Shown here: positions 31,646 to 49,600 of the stretch, piece by piece
Numbering within the stretch: position 1 is the stretch's first letter
Layout of the letters: every line of letters starts with the position of its first letter
Origin: the human T2T-CHM13v2.0 reference genome, Homo sapiens
Assembly: GCF_009914755.1 (NCBI RefSeq)
Contig: NC_060927.1
Length of the DNA stretch: 64,000 bases
Strand: one strand, 5' to 3'
Position numbers and translations under genes: made by a program
Notes under the pieces: model-generated
What the model was told of the DNA's origin: nothing
Databases searched by the model: none
The model's input: only the letters and a program-made list of their open reading frames with translations

Positions 31646-32663
31646 ATGGGGAAAAAAACAGAGCAGAAAAGCTGAAAATTCTAAAAATCAGAGAGCCTCT
31701 CCCCCTCCAAAGGAACACAGCTCCTCACCAGCAATGGAACAAAGCTGGATGGAGAATGACTTTGACGAGTTGAGAGAAGAAGGCTTCAGATGATCAAACT
31801 TCTCCGAGCTAAAGGAGGAAGCTCAAACCCATAGCAAAGAAGCTAAAAACCTTGAAAAAAGATTAGACGAAGGGCCAACTAGAATAACCAGTGTAGAGAA
31901 GTCCTTAAATGACTTGATGGAGCTGAAAACCATGGCATGAGAACTATATGACGAATGCACAAGCTTCAGTAGCCGATTCAATCAACTGGAAGAAAGGGTA
32001 TCAGTGATTGAAGATCAAATCAATGGAACGAAGTGACAAGAGAAGTTTAGAGAAAAAAGGGTAAAAAGAAACAAACAAAGCCTCCAAGAAATATGGGACT
32101 ATGTGAAACGACCAAATCTATGTCTGATTGGTGTACCTGAAAGTGACGGGGAGAATGGAACCAAGTTGGAAAACACTCTTCAGGATATTATCCAGGAGAA
32201 CTTCCCCAACCTAACAAGGCAGGCCAACATTCAAATTCAGGAAATACAGAGAACGTGACAAAGATACTCCTCGAGAAGAGCAACTCCAAGACACATAATT
32301 GTCAGATTCACCAAAGTTGAAATGAAGGAAAAAATGTTAAGGGCAGCCAGAGAGAAAGGTCGGGTTACCCACAAAGGGAAGCCCATCAGACTAACAGCTG
32401 ATCTCTCGGCAGAAACTCTACAAGCCAGAAGAGAGTGGGGGCCAATATTCAACATTCTTAAAGAAAAGAATTTTCAACCCAGAATTTCATATCCAGCCAA
32501 ACTAAACTTCATAAGTGAAGGAGAAATAAAATCCTTTACAGACAAGCAAATGCTGAGAGATTTTGTCACCACCAGGCCTGCCCTACAAGAGCTCCTGAAG
32601 GAAGCACTAAACCTGGAAACAAACAACTGCTACCAGCCACTGCAAAAACATGCCAAATTGTAA
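31646..32663 (+). pseudogene. Disrupted L1 ORF1p
   Basis: ATGGGGAAAAAAACAGAGC start with an extra A and internal stops. C-terminal fragment MKEKMLRAAREKGRVTHKG...QKHAKL. Confidence 0.9.
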
Positions 32664-32726
32664 AGACCATCGAGGCTAGGAAGAAACTGCATCAACTAAC
32701 GAGCAAAATAACCAGCTAACATCATA

Positions 32727-36550
<3,824 letters not shown>

Positions 36551-37189
36551 TGAACAATGAGAACACTTGGACACAGGAAGGGGAACATCACACACCCGGG
36601 CCTGTCGTGGGGTGGGGGAGGGGGGAGGGATAGCATTAGGAGATATACCTAATGTAAATGATGAGTTAATGGGTGCAGCACACCAACATGGCACATGTAT
36701 ACATAAGTAACAAACCTGCACGTTGTACACATGTACCCTAGAACTTAATTAAAAAAAAGTCAGTAAGGTCATCATTATGGCAGTCTGGGTATAGGCCTCT
36801 TCTTAATATCTCCAAAGGGCATTTCTTGATAAGATTTCTATTATCAGCAAAATATCTTATAGGAATCAGAAGATCTTACAAAGTATACCCTGGTAGATAA
36901 AGCAAAAATGAATTTGAAATATGTGGATTACATTTCCTTAAAAATGTGCTTGAGTTCAAAAGTTAGCAATAGTAATGCTTAACTAAAAGCATTTGGGAAT
37001 TTCTTAAGCCCCAAATGTTTGAAAGACCAGTTTCTAAGTTGAAATTAGATGGCTTCTCTTACCCACTAAGGAATTTTAATTTATATTAAACATATTCCTA
37101 GATAATACTTTCACTGACCAGGGATGGTAATATGTCAGTGTTTTACTTCTTGTTTTGGAAATGTCCTCATATTTTAGTGCCTTAAATAC

Positions 37190-37494
37190 TTTTTTTTTTC
37201 TTTTGAGACAAGATCTCACTTCATTGCCCAGGCTGGAGTGTGGTGGTGCAATCACACTTCACTGCAGCCTCAACCTCCTGGCTCAAGCAATCTTCCCACC
37301 TCAGCCTCCCAAGTAGCTGGGACCATCAGCACGTGCCACCATGACTAGCTGGATTTTTTAAAAATTTATTTTTGGTAGAGACAGGGTCTCTTCTGTGTTG
37401 CCCAAGCTGATCTAGAGCTCCTGGGCTCAAGCTATCCTATTGCCTCAGCCTCCCAACATGCTGAGATTACAGGTGTGAGCCACCGTGCCTAGCC
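37190..37494 (-). mobile_element. AluJ
   Basis: Antisense dimeric Alu. Confidence 0.92.
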
Positions 37495-37979
37495 TAAATT
37501 TTGAATTAAATCCTTTTATTTATATAGTTATTGAATTGCTTTATTATTTGCTGTTGCAAATAAATTCAAAATACACAATAGTCCAGGGAATGCAAAGTTA
37601 AACATAAAATTTCTAGAAACAATAACATCTTAAGCATTCAATGTACATTTGATACTTGAATTACTAAGAAACTGTACAATAGAAATACTGTAGGAATACA
37701 AAGGATATCTATATTTGTCTTGTTTCTTTTACAGTTTGCTCACCTGTTTATAACAGTTTAAAAACTGTTAAAAACCAACAAAAAAAAAACCCATGGTGTA
37801 CCTGTAAATATGAACTAATGTGACTGTAAAATAAAAATTCAGTAGAAAGACATGATTGAGACATAGGAATAGTCTTAACTGTCTACATTTCCTGGGGAAA
37901 AAACTCATGTTTATTTAAGCGTATTCAAGGTTATTTTTCAAATAAATAGAAGAAAATCATGTAGATTCAGAGAGATGTA

Positions 37980-40900
37980 GAGAGAAGATGGCCCAAAGTC
38001 CAATGCTACCAGCGCCTGCTACATGAAACATGGGCCATCACACAGCTGAGGTGGAGCAAGAGGGCTAGTGAGGGATGCCTGGCACTCTTTCTCCCAACAG
38101 GAGAGGACCACAGCAATGGATAAACAGCTAAGATTTGACTGGAGTGTGGAAGGGAGAGCAGGCAAGTGCAGCGGGGGAGTAGAGATGCACATGTGGTGAT
38201 TGGAAGCCCAGGAGGGCAGCGTGGAGGCACCAGGCCTCTGCAGCCCCCTCTTCCTTTTATGGATTGGATCTGCCTAGAATCAGGTGGGACTTCCCATTTC
38301 CAGGAAAAGGTAAGCAGAAGATCCGCATCATCCCCTATTGCCACCAAAACACCTACAGTCCTCACTACTGGAGAATCCTACAGTCCTCTCAAACCCTAAG
38401 CCCAGTTTGTAGAACTGCCAGGAATTCACATAGCTGCATTGCTCTGATTAGGAACACAAAGTGTATACTCTCCATCCGCTACCCACCCTCTGTGAGCCAA
38501 GCTGCTGCCGCTGGGCGCCACGTTGAGACCAGACATCTCTGGAGTGCGCCCTCCTCTGGGGGTCAGTGGCCACTGCACCTGTCCCACACTGGGGGTCCAT
38601 CTTCATTCCACCTAGCCACAGCTGTGTGGAGCCTGGGCTGGGGATTCGCTGTGATTCTGGTCTTGCGTAGCAGGGAAACCACCTCATGCTCTGCACTTCC
38701 AGCCAAAGGAACAGTGTGGCAATCCCGTTCATGGAGAACCCTGCCTTGAGCTGACTAAACCACTGTGTGCCTGCCCCCAAGCAGGAGGGGCATGGGGGTG
38801 CAGATGGCTCTTCAATATAATAATTTCCTTTCCTTAGGATAAATGCCCAGTAGTGGGATTGCTGGATCGTATGGTAGTTCTATTTGTAGATATTGAGGGA
38901 CCTCCACACTGTTCTCTTTAGTGGTTATACTAGTTTATATTCCCAACAACGTGTAAGAGTACTCTTTTCTCTGCATCCTCACCAGCATTTGTTATTTTTT
39001 TTTTCTTTTTGATAATAGCCACTGTAACTGGGGTGAGGCAATACCTCATTGTGGTTTTGGTTTGCATTTCTTTGATGATTAGTGATGTTGAACATTTTTT
39101 ATATACTTGTTGGTCATATGTGTGTCTTCTTTTGAGAAATATCTGTTCAGATCATTTCCCCATTTTTAAATCAGATTGTTAGATCAACAGTCCTGGAAAT
39201 GGGAAGTCCCTCCTGATTCTAGGCAGATCCAATCCATAAAAGGAAGAGGGGGCTGCAGAGGCCTGGTGCCTCCACGCTGCCCTCCTGGGCTTCCAATCAC
39301 CACATGTGCATCTCTACTCCCCTGCTGCACTTCCGTGCTCTCCCTTCCACACTCCAGTCAAATTTTAGCTATTTATCCATTGCTGTGGTCCTCTGACCCC
39401 TTGGGCCAGCAGGTTGGCCACATAGGCACCCACACTCAAGGTCTGAAAAATGGCCCTGCAGCACCCCCTTGCAGCCTTCACCACTGAATTCTACTGAACC
39501 TTTAAAGAAGAATTAATACCAATTTTTCTCAAAATACTTCAAAAAAATTAAAGCAGAGGAAATTATTCCTAACTCATTCTGTGAGGCCAGCATATCCCTG
39601 ATACCAAAACCAGACAAGGACTCAGCAAGAAAATAAAACTACAAGCCATTATCCCAGATGAACATAGCACTACAGGCCAATATCCCTGATGAAGATAGAT
39701 GGAAAAATCTTCAATAAAATCTAACAAATCAAATCTAACAACACCTCAAAATGATAATACACCATGATTAAGTGATATTTATTGCAGGAATGCAAAATGG
39801 TTCAATATATGCAAATCAATAAATGTCATAAATTATATCAATAGAATTAAGAACAAAAACCAGATGATTATTTCAATAGATGCAGGAAAAACATTTGAGA
39901 AAATTCAATGTCCGTTCATGATAAAAACTCTCAACAAACTAGGCATCAATGGAACATACTTCAAAATAATAAAAGCCATATATGACGAACCCACAGTTAA
40001 TGTCTTACTGAATGGAGAAAAACTGAAAGCATTTTCTTTAAGAACTGGAACAGGATTAGGATGCCTACTCTCCCCAATCTTATTCAACCTAGTACTGGAA
40101 GTCTTAGAGCAAATGGGTAAGAGAAAGAAAGAAAGAAAGGGTATCCACATTGGAAAGGAGGAAGTCAAATAGTCCTCTGTGCAGATGACATGATCATATA
40201 TATAGAAAAACCTAAAGATGCTACCAAAAAACTCTAAGAATTAATAAATGAACTCAGTAAAGTTGCAGAATACAAAAAAATCATTAGTGTTTCTATACAC
40301 AAACAATGAATTAGCTGAAAAAGAAATCAAGAAGGCAATGCAATGTACAATAGCTATTAATACAAACCACCACCACCTACGAATCAATTTAACCAAAGAG
40401 GTGGAAGACTTCTACAAGGAAAACTACAAAACACTGATGAAAGAAATTTAGGGGGATACAAACAAATGGAAAGACATCCCATGCTCATCAGAAGAATTAA
40501 TATCATTAAAATGACCATACTAGCCAAGGCAGTCTACAGATTCAACGGAGTCACCATCAAAATGCCTATGACATTCTTCACATAAATAGAAAAAAAATCC
40601 TAGACTTTGCATGGAACCATAAAAGACCCCAAATAGCCATAGCAATTCTGGGCAAAAAGAACAAAGCTGGAGCATCACATTACCAGACTTCAAAAAATAC
40701 TACAAAGCTGTAGTAACCAAAACAACATGGTACTGTCATAGAAACAGACACGTAGACCAATGGAACAGAATAGAGAACCTAGAAATTAATCCACATATCT
40801 GCGGCCAATTAATTTTTGACAAAATGCCAAGAAAACTCATTGGAAAAAGGATAGTCTCTTCAATAAATGATGCTGCAAAAACTGGATATCCATATGCAGA

Positions 40901-41742
40901 AGAATGAAACTGGACTCCTACCTCTTATCCTATACAAAAATCAACTCACAATGAATCAAAGACCTAAGTGTAAAACTGGAAACTATACAACTACTAGAAG
41001 AAAACATAAGGAAAATGCTTCAAAACACTTGTCTGGGGAAAGATGTTATGAATAAGACTTCTAAAGCACAGGCAACAAAAGCAAAAATAAACAAATGGGA
41101 TTATTTCAAACTAAAAAGCTTCTGCACAGCAAAGGAAATCAATCAACAGAATGAAAAGACAACCTACAAAATAGGAATAAATATTTGCAAACTATTCATA
41201 CAACAGGATATTAACATCAAGAATATACAAGGAATTCAAATATCTTAACAGCAAAAAAATCTAACAATCTGATTTAAAAATGGGGAAATGATCTGAACAG
41301 ATATTTCTCAAAAGAAGACATACATATGACCGACAAATATATGAAAAAATGTTCAACATCACTAATCATCAAAGAAATGCAAACCAAAACCACAATGAGG
41401 TATTGCCTCACCCCAGTTACAGTGGCTATTATCAAAAAGAAAAAAAATAACAAATGCTGGTGAGGATGCAGAGAAAAGAGTACTCTTACATGCTGTTCGG
41501 AATACAAACTAGTACAACCAGTATAGAGAACAGTATGGAGGTCCCTCAATATCTACAAATAGAACTACCATATGACACAGCAATCCCACTACTGGGCATT
41601 TATCCTAAGGAAAGGAAATTATTATATTGAAGAGACATTTGCGCCCCCATGCTTATTGCAGCACTATTCACAATAGTTAAGATACGGAATCAACCCGGGT
41701 CCCCCAAAACAAATGAATGGATAAAGAAAAGGTGGTATATAT
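37980..41742 (+). mobile_element. Older L1 (L1MA/L1PB-like), rearranged: 5'UTR, two inverted internal copies, ORF2 3' part, 3' end lost
   Basis: AAGATGGC start at about 37985 and GC-rich 5'UTR. ORF2 fragments ([15 protein letters not shown]..., 39864 onward). Inverted copies at 38790-39184 and 39191-39394. Confidence 0.85.
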
Positions 41743-41947
41743 GGCCAGGTGAGGTGGCTCATGCCTGTAATCCCATCACTTTGGGAGGCCAAGGTGGGCA
41801 GATCACCTGAGGTCAGGAGTTCAAGACCAGCCTGGCCAACATGGTAAAACCCCATTTTTAATAAAAATACAAAAATTAGCCTGGAGTGGTAGCGCACACC
41901 TGTAGTCCCAGCTACTTGGGAAGTTGAGGCAGGAGAATCGCTTGAAC
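41743..41947 (+). mobile_element. AluS, 3'-truncated
   Basis: Stops at GAATCGCTTGAAC, no tail. Confidence 0.92.
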
Positions 41948-41970
41948 ATTCACGAACATCACTTGAACAT

Positions 41971-42072
41971 CCATGTTGGACAGGCTGGTCTCAAACTCCT
42001 GGCCTCAAGCAATCCACCCGCCTTGGCCTCCCAAAGTGCTGGGATTACAGGCGTGAGCCACCGCACTTGGCC
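41971..42072 (-). mobile_element. Alu left arm, antisense, truncated
   Basis: CCATGTTGGACAGGCTGGTCTC...CACCGCACTTGGCC. Confidence 0.9.
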
Positions 42073-42179
42073 CATCTCCTCAATTAATAGGTGATCATTA
42101 AATGAAGAGTCCATTAATTCAATCACAAATTCATTGTCTTTTCTCTACTACTAGTGTCTACTGGAAATTCTTATTTCTG

Positions 42180-42565
42180 TAGTAGTGCTTCTTACCTTCA
42201 ATGTGTTATGAAACACCTGGTTGGAGGTGGCAGTCTTGTGGAACTGTAGATGCTGATTCAATAGGTCTAGGGTAAGCCAGAGAATCTGAATTTCTAACAA
42301 GTACCCAGGTGATGTTGATGTTGTTGGTCCATGGACCATATTTCAAGAAGCGAGGATCTGTTGCAGCGTTTTTCAACCATTGCTGATATTTTTGGATTAA
42401 TTCTTTGTTTTGGGGTGGCGGGCTGACCTGCGCATTGTAGTATATTTAGCAGCATTCCTGGGCTGTATCCACTAGAAGTCAGTAGCACCCACTCCCAAGC
42501 TGTGACAATGAAAAATGTCCCTAGACATTATCAAATGGGGGAGACAAAATTACCTCTGGTTTAGA
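42180..42565. mobile_element. MER5A followed by MER20
   Basis: GAATCTGAATTTCTAACAAGTACCCAGGTGATG (MER5A). TTTAGCAGCATTCCTGG...TGTGACAATGAAAAATGTCCCTAGACATT (MER20). Confidence 0.75.
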
Positions 42566-43849
42566 ATAATTGCTCTATTGTTATGTTTAATGGTTGTATG
42601 TTTGTTGCATAATATAAACACCTATTTTGATGAACTGGCTTTAGTGAGAACAGCATTCATCAGCCAAATAAACAGCTTTCTTCCCCTACTCCCACCAGCA
42701 CTTAGTACACTTTTATTTATGGACACTGTAGATTTTTAAACCAATATTGTTGCCCTCCTTACTATGACCACTAGGGTGCTCAGAAGTAAATTTCAAACCA
42801 CATATAGCAATTGTGAATATTTCCAGGGATAAGTTTCTGAAAAATAACTCAACTACTGGATTCATTTTCTTTCTCTATGTTTATTTTCCCCTCTACATTG
42901 AGTAAAAATTCTTTTTGCTTTATTATATATTTTTATAGGCTGCTTCACGTATTGTTTGAAATAGATAACTTTCTATTGAGTAAGGTGAACAAAACTGTTA
43001 GAATAGAAACAGTCAGGACAGACACAATGCATTAATTTGCTGATCATGGTTGGTTATGTGCTGTTTGATACATATTAATGAATAAATCCAAGCAAATAGT
43101 GAGACAAACCTCACAACTATGAACAATCTGGCTTATTTTCTCCCAACTGTAGTAAACTGATGAATGCAGATGTCTAGAGAAAGGACAGGAAATTAATATG
43201 AAAGAAAAGTTTTGTTTTTTACTTTACATTGGAGATACAAAATTAGTAATAAAGTTGTTTGAGGCTGATAGCAACAACAACAAAAAAACCTTGGCTGAAT
43301 AACTAATGTTTTATACTTTGCCAGCTCTGCCATAAGACACTAGGGATTAATTGCATTTAGAGCATAAAGGACCTTAAAAGTTATCCAGCCCAGTGTTTTT
43401 CAAGTTTCTTTAAGCTGTGGAATTCTTGGTTTAAACATTCTTCAGGAAGGCTAGTGTGTGAAGCCAGCTACATCAGGGTTGTTCTGTTTGCAGGGCAGGT
43501 AAAGGGAGGAAAAAAGGGTCTCTGGAGCCTCTATAGGGAGCAGAGCTTGCAAACCCATGGCTCTGTAATATACTCTTGGGATAAGTGTGAGGAAGTGGTG
43601 ACCAATGAGATGAAGTAACCTGTTCAAGGAATCAGAATTGCCCTGCAGCAGAGGTGGGACTGGAACCCAATTTAGATAGGACGCTGGGCATCTGGAGTTA
43701 TTACCTAGTTCCAAGTTACCTGCATCTCTGTTACTGAAGCCAATTATTCTTATTAAAAATTTCCAAACCTTGCAGAAATATTTACATTAAAATGTTCAAA
43801 TTTCCCCCTCCCTCTCGCTTTCTTCTCTGCCTGCACCCCCAATCTGATT

Positions 43850-44144
43850 ATTTTTCTTTTTATTTTTTTGAGACAGGATCTGGTTCTGTTGCCCAGGCTG
43901 GAGTGCAGTGGCGCAATCTTGGCTCAACCTCCACCTCCTGGGCTCAAGTGATTCTCCTATCTCAGCCTCCTGAGAAGCTGCGACCAGAGGCATGCCACCA
44001 TTCCTAGCTAATTTTTGGATATTTTAATAGAGGTGGGGTTTTGCCATTTTGCGCAGGCTCTTCTTGAAGTCCTGAGCTCAGGCGATCTGCCCACCTTGTC
44101 CTCCAAAGTGTTGGGATTACAGATGTGAGCCACTGCACTCAGCC
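43850..44144 (-). mobile_element. AluJ
   Basis: Diverged antisense Alu. Confidence 0.9.
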
Positions 44145-44239
44145 CCAGTGTGATTCTTCAGAGAAAAACAGTGATAGCTGCTTGATGTGTATCCTTCTAG
44201 AAGTTTCCCCCCTCCCTCCAAATTTGTACATACATACAC

Positions 44240-45400
44240 ATATATGTAAATCCTTTTTTTTCCTGGGTTTTCTTGGCTGGCTCTATTTTTCTCTTTATCA
44301 TAGCACTTAACGCTTTGTAACATCCTACATATTTTACTTATTTATCATTTCTATTATTTATCATACATCTTTTCCCACTAGAACAGCCTCCATGGAGGCA
44401 AGGATATTTGCCTATTTTGATCACTGGTGTTTCGCAAGTCCCTGGAGTGTGCTGGCATGTAGTAGGCACTCAAAAATTTTGTAGAATGAATGGATGAAGA
44501 ATGAACAAGATGAAGAAGCAGAACAGGAAAGATTTTTAGGGCAGTGAAATTACTCTGTTTGAAACTACAATAACGGACGCAGGTCATTATACATTTGTCA
44601 AAACCCATAAAAGGTACAATACCAAAGTAAACCTCAGTGTAAACTATGGACTCTAGATGATAATGTATCACTATGAGTTCATCGATTGCACCAATGTGTC
44701 GCTGTGGTGAGGGATGCTGACAGTGGGGGAAGTTGTGTGTGTAGTGGGGCACAGGAGGTAAATGGGAATTCTCTATACTTTCCACTCAATTTTGCTGTGA
44801 ACCTAAAACTTCTCTAAAAAGTAAAGTTTATTAATTAAAAAAAAAAGAATGAGTGGTCATCTCAAAATTCATGTGTCTAAAACCAAGCTCTTGATTTGTA
44901 TCTCCCCACACATTCTTCCTCTAGTCTTATCTGTCTCATCCATCCATTGGGTGATTAGGCCCAACCCACCAGCACTGCTGACAGCTTTCCTTTGAAATAT
45001 ATCTGGAGTGAACACTTCTCACCACCTGTAGTCCAACCACCCTAATCTAGGGTGCCACACATAAAGTGTCCTTCTGCCTCATGGCTTTGTATTTACTGTT
45101 CCGTCCTTGCTGCTTCTCCTTATTCATGTCTCCATTGCAAAATCACTTCAGTAGAGAGACCTTCCCCTGTTACTCTACCTAAATAGTAATCCCATTCTTT
45201 ATCCCCCCTCCAACTTGTTTTGTTTCACAGCATCTGTCACTATTTGGCATTATTCTTTCTATATATTTTTTGTTCTTGGTCCATATCATCCCACAGAATA
45301 AGTTCCAAGAAGGGAGAGATTTGCTTTTGTTTGCTGCTATATCTTCAGTGCCTAGCAAAACTTAGGGACTCAAATTTTTGTTGAATGAATGAATGAATCT
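44240..45400. mobile_element. L2 fragments flanking the L1MC
   Basis: L2 3' ends GGCATGTAGTAGGCACTCAAAAATTTTGTAGAATGAATG and TTGTTGAATGAATGAATG. Confidence 0.65.
44515..44846 (+). mobile_element. L1MC-like 3' end with A tail
   Basis: GATTTTTAGGGCAGTGAAA...CATTATACATTTGTCAAAACCCATA...GAACCTAAAACTTCTCTAAAAA. Confidence 0.75.
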
Positions 45401-46469
45401 GCTATTCACCTGTAGAATAGCATTTGCTTCCTAAGGAGTCTCTAGCCCCCTCTACAGACTAATCTCCACATTGCAGGTAGGGAGATATGTTTTCAATCTG
45501 ACTTTTCTCTCAGGATAGAGCCCAGATCCCTGCCTACATTGAACTATCCTCCTCCTCACTTCACTTCACTGCTCCCCAGGGGGCCAACTTCCAGTCCCTG
45601 GAGTAGGCTGTGCTCCTTCTTTCCACAGGACAGACGGTTCTCTTCAGCTCCCACACCTCTACTTACTCTTCACATTTCTCAAGAGTTCCTTCTCCAGGGA
45701 AGCTACTTTGACCCCCAGATTAGGGCAGATTCCATGTGATAGGTTCTGACAGAACCGTGTTCCTTTTCTGCAGATAAATCATCTCACTTTGTAACTACGT
45801 ATTATGTAAGTTCCAAGAAAGCAGAGTCCATGTCTATTCTGCACACAGTTGTATCCCCTGCCTACAGCAGCGTGCCTGGTACTGCCAGGTTCTCAAGAAG
45901 AGTTGGCTGATGAATGAATGAAGGCATAAATGAGCATGGCAATCTCTGCTGTTGCCAGGCAAGTCTCCAAAGCATATCCAGAGAATGAACCTTTCAGGCA
46001 TCACTAACAAATCCCTCAAGTTTGAGAGACCAGGGAACTCTAGGGGTGGCTGGCTAAGTTTCTCCCTGCCTGGCCCAACACCAGGTGATTTGAGCACAAA
46101 TACCAGCTAAGTAGATGACAACATTCTTGTGCGTTGAGGCTTAGAAATCTCACTGGGGAGACACAGTCACCTGTCATTGTCCCTAGCCATGTAAGGCATT
46201 ACTTCCCAGATTAATATTTCTTCAAACATCTAAACTGAAGTGATCATCTGTAAAAAGTAGTTTTTACTTACATGTATAAACTACAGGGTTTTATATGAGA
46301 AACAGAATCACACTCTCAGAGTTTCTTTGACAGTTTTACATTTCCTGCATTTGTGGCTTATTTTAATGCCAGTGTAATATTTTAATGGCTGCGGGATAAT
46401 TGATGTGGATATTTTCATCTGAAAAATGATGATTTTCTGTAAAGCAAATTACCTTTAAAAGTTTGCTGA

Positions 46470-46778
<309 letters not shown>

Positions 46779-48075
46779 TGAATCTTTTTATAAGAAAAAC
46801 AAACAAACAACAACAACAAAAAAACAAAACCCTGTGTTTTATAATTTTTCACCAGTCCCTAATGTGAACAGGGTAAAAATGTAGACATAGGAATTAGCTG
46901 TCTTTTACTCAGCTCTTTTTGCCTCAATCCAAGTAGACTCTGTCAGCTTTGGACTCATCTGCTGTAAATATGCACCTCTCTGAAAATGAACTGTAACACA
47001 GATCATTTCCTACTAAATTATCAAATACCTGGACTCTCAATTGCTAACTATGTAATTGCCTATGATTTTGGAAAAATATTTAAAAATCCTCCGTCACCTG
47101 AAATTTGATGGTTGTTGTGGAGCAAATAGGAGGAAATAATCTACCCTCCTCCACCCCCACCTTTTCCTCTGTCTTATCAAAACCCTTCACCCAGCGATAT
47201 AATCTCTTTTCAGTTTCCTGGCTACCAACTCTTCATCACCAACAGAGCTAAAAAATATGGATTTACTCTGTTTACTCTGTTTTTAAATGAGATTTGATGA
47301 CATCCAGGGACCACTCTGTTTCCCTACAGGGCATATACTGCCAGTTTCATAATGAAAGTAAATGGAAGAATAACATTCACTTTACTGAAATTTGGTTTGT
47401 GGCAAACTGGATTGGAATGTACTCTTCTGCTGGGGACTGTCAGGGGCTCAGGACCATTTTATACTGCACTGCATCCCTTGGAGTAAAGACAGTCCCCAAA
47501 CAACAATAATGGATGACTGATAATAATCTCTGAGTATAAGCTTCCCTCAAAAAAGATAAAAGTACTGACTGTGGATATAAGAGTATATTGCTATATACCC
47601 TTCTATCTTAATAATAATACATTTCAAAAATATATTTAAAAATATGAAATATGCCACAGAAAACAACTGCTTTTACACCACCCACATCTCCTCATTTTTC
47701 TTTTAATGTGGTGACTTTTAGGGTGAGATATATTGAAATATACTCCTGTGCATTTTCGCTCCATTTATGTATTTACTTTTGCCTCTATTTGTTAGCAAGG
47801 TCCCTTTAAATCTATTAGAGACACACCTAAGGTGGATACTATATTAGGGGAATTAGGCATTTCAAGGTTTGAGATGACAGATTTCATTTTCAGTCAGATA
47901 ACTGCTCCTGGATCTCCATACAAAATGTCCTAAGAGTGTGCATGTGCTCAACCAATTTTATTTTGCACTGTTTTCTAGTCAGATGAATATTCATCTCATC
48001 TGTAGATAAATAACAGGTTAACTAGACATGCAGACAAACAACATACTCCTTTGTCCATCTGCATTGTAAGAAACT

Positions 48076-48376
<301 letters not shown>

Positions 48377-49327
48377 AGAACACTTTTCTTTAATTATTTA
48401 TTTAAATGTGCAAAGGAAACCAAGCTTTTTCTTTATTTTAAAGAAGAGCTTTTAAAAATATAATTAATGAGAAATAAAGTTATGTTATGTCTTCTTTTGG
48501 AAGTTTGCAACATGTTAAGTCATGGATGCAAGTAGGTGACATCCTTCCCAGTGATTTGTTGTTACACGCCCGAGTCTTGCACCTACTCTTGGCTGAGGAT
48601 GTACAAGGGCAGTGTTCTGATGTCAACTCATTAGAGCAGTTTGCAGAGAGTCTTTTCAAAAGGATTTGTAAATCTTCATTTCTTCTTGTTATTTGGATGT
48701 GTTTCACGGGCTGTTGCAGATGACTGGGATTGGGATATGTGTGGTAGGAGAAAGTAAAGATAGAAACCAGTCGCTGTTATGTCTGCCTTTGTCAACTAAA
48801 ATTCACTTTTTGGAGAGGTGGGAGCAGGTAAGTAAGGTAATCCAAGAAAAGTCCCAAAGCACCAAGAAAAGTTTGCTAGAAAAGTATTCCCTAGTAAGTG
48901 CCCTTCTAACAGGGGCCCAAGAGACCACCTTAATGAATGAGGCTCCAGGAAATTTGGTAACATTTTCCTATTTGCTGTTTTTCTTTCTCAAATTGTGTGA
49001 AAAAGATTTAAAATTCTTCTCTGGCTCCAAATTTTACAACTTCAATTCATGGATAAATTATCCTAATCCCATGATTAAACTAATCCATTAAAAAATAAAA
49101 AAGAAACCTTCCCCAGAAGCATTAAGTGGATGGGCGTAATCAACATCCCCCAGATGGGACCAACTGGACCAGGAGGATGTGAGCACCCCACAGTCACACC
49201 AACACTGAGGTGGACTTGACTACATGCACATTTTCAGTAAGGAGGCTTTATTTGTCATTAACCATGAAAACAATGCCCACTAATTGATATTAATAATTAA
49301 TCTCATTTTAAGAAAAAAATCAACTTA

Positions 49328-49600
49328 TCACTTTGGGAGGCCGAGATGGGCGGATCACGAGGTCAGGAGATTGAGACCATCCTGGTCAACATGGTGAAAC
49401 CCCGTCCCTACTAAAAATACAAAAATTAGCTGGCTCTAGTGGCGTGTGCCTGTAATCCCAGCTACTCGGGAGGCTGAGGCAGGAGAATCACTTCAACCAG
49501 TGAGTCAGAAGTTGCAGTGAGCCGAGATTGTGCCACAGCACTCCAGCCTGGTGACAGAGTGAGACTCCATCTCAAAAAAGAAAAGAAAAAAACAAAAAAG
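49328..49600 (+). mobile_element. AluSc-like, slightly 5'-truncated
   Basis: TSD AAAATCAACTT on both sides. Confidence 0.92.

Noticed and set aside
38006-39487. Near-identical peptides (WKWEVPPDSRQIQSIKGRGG) on opposite strands as paralogous genes
   Set aside because: Explained by the inverted duplication of L1 5'UTR sequence.
48480-48707. 75-aa minus ORF as an in-frame alternative VEPH1 exon
   Set aside because: Neither nearby AG acceptor places it in frame with the phase-1 donor. No recognisable homology.
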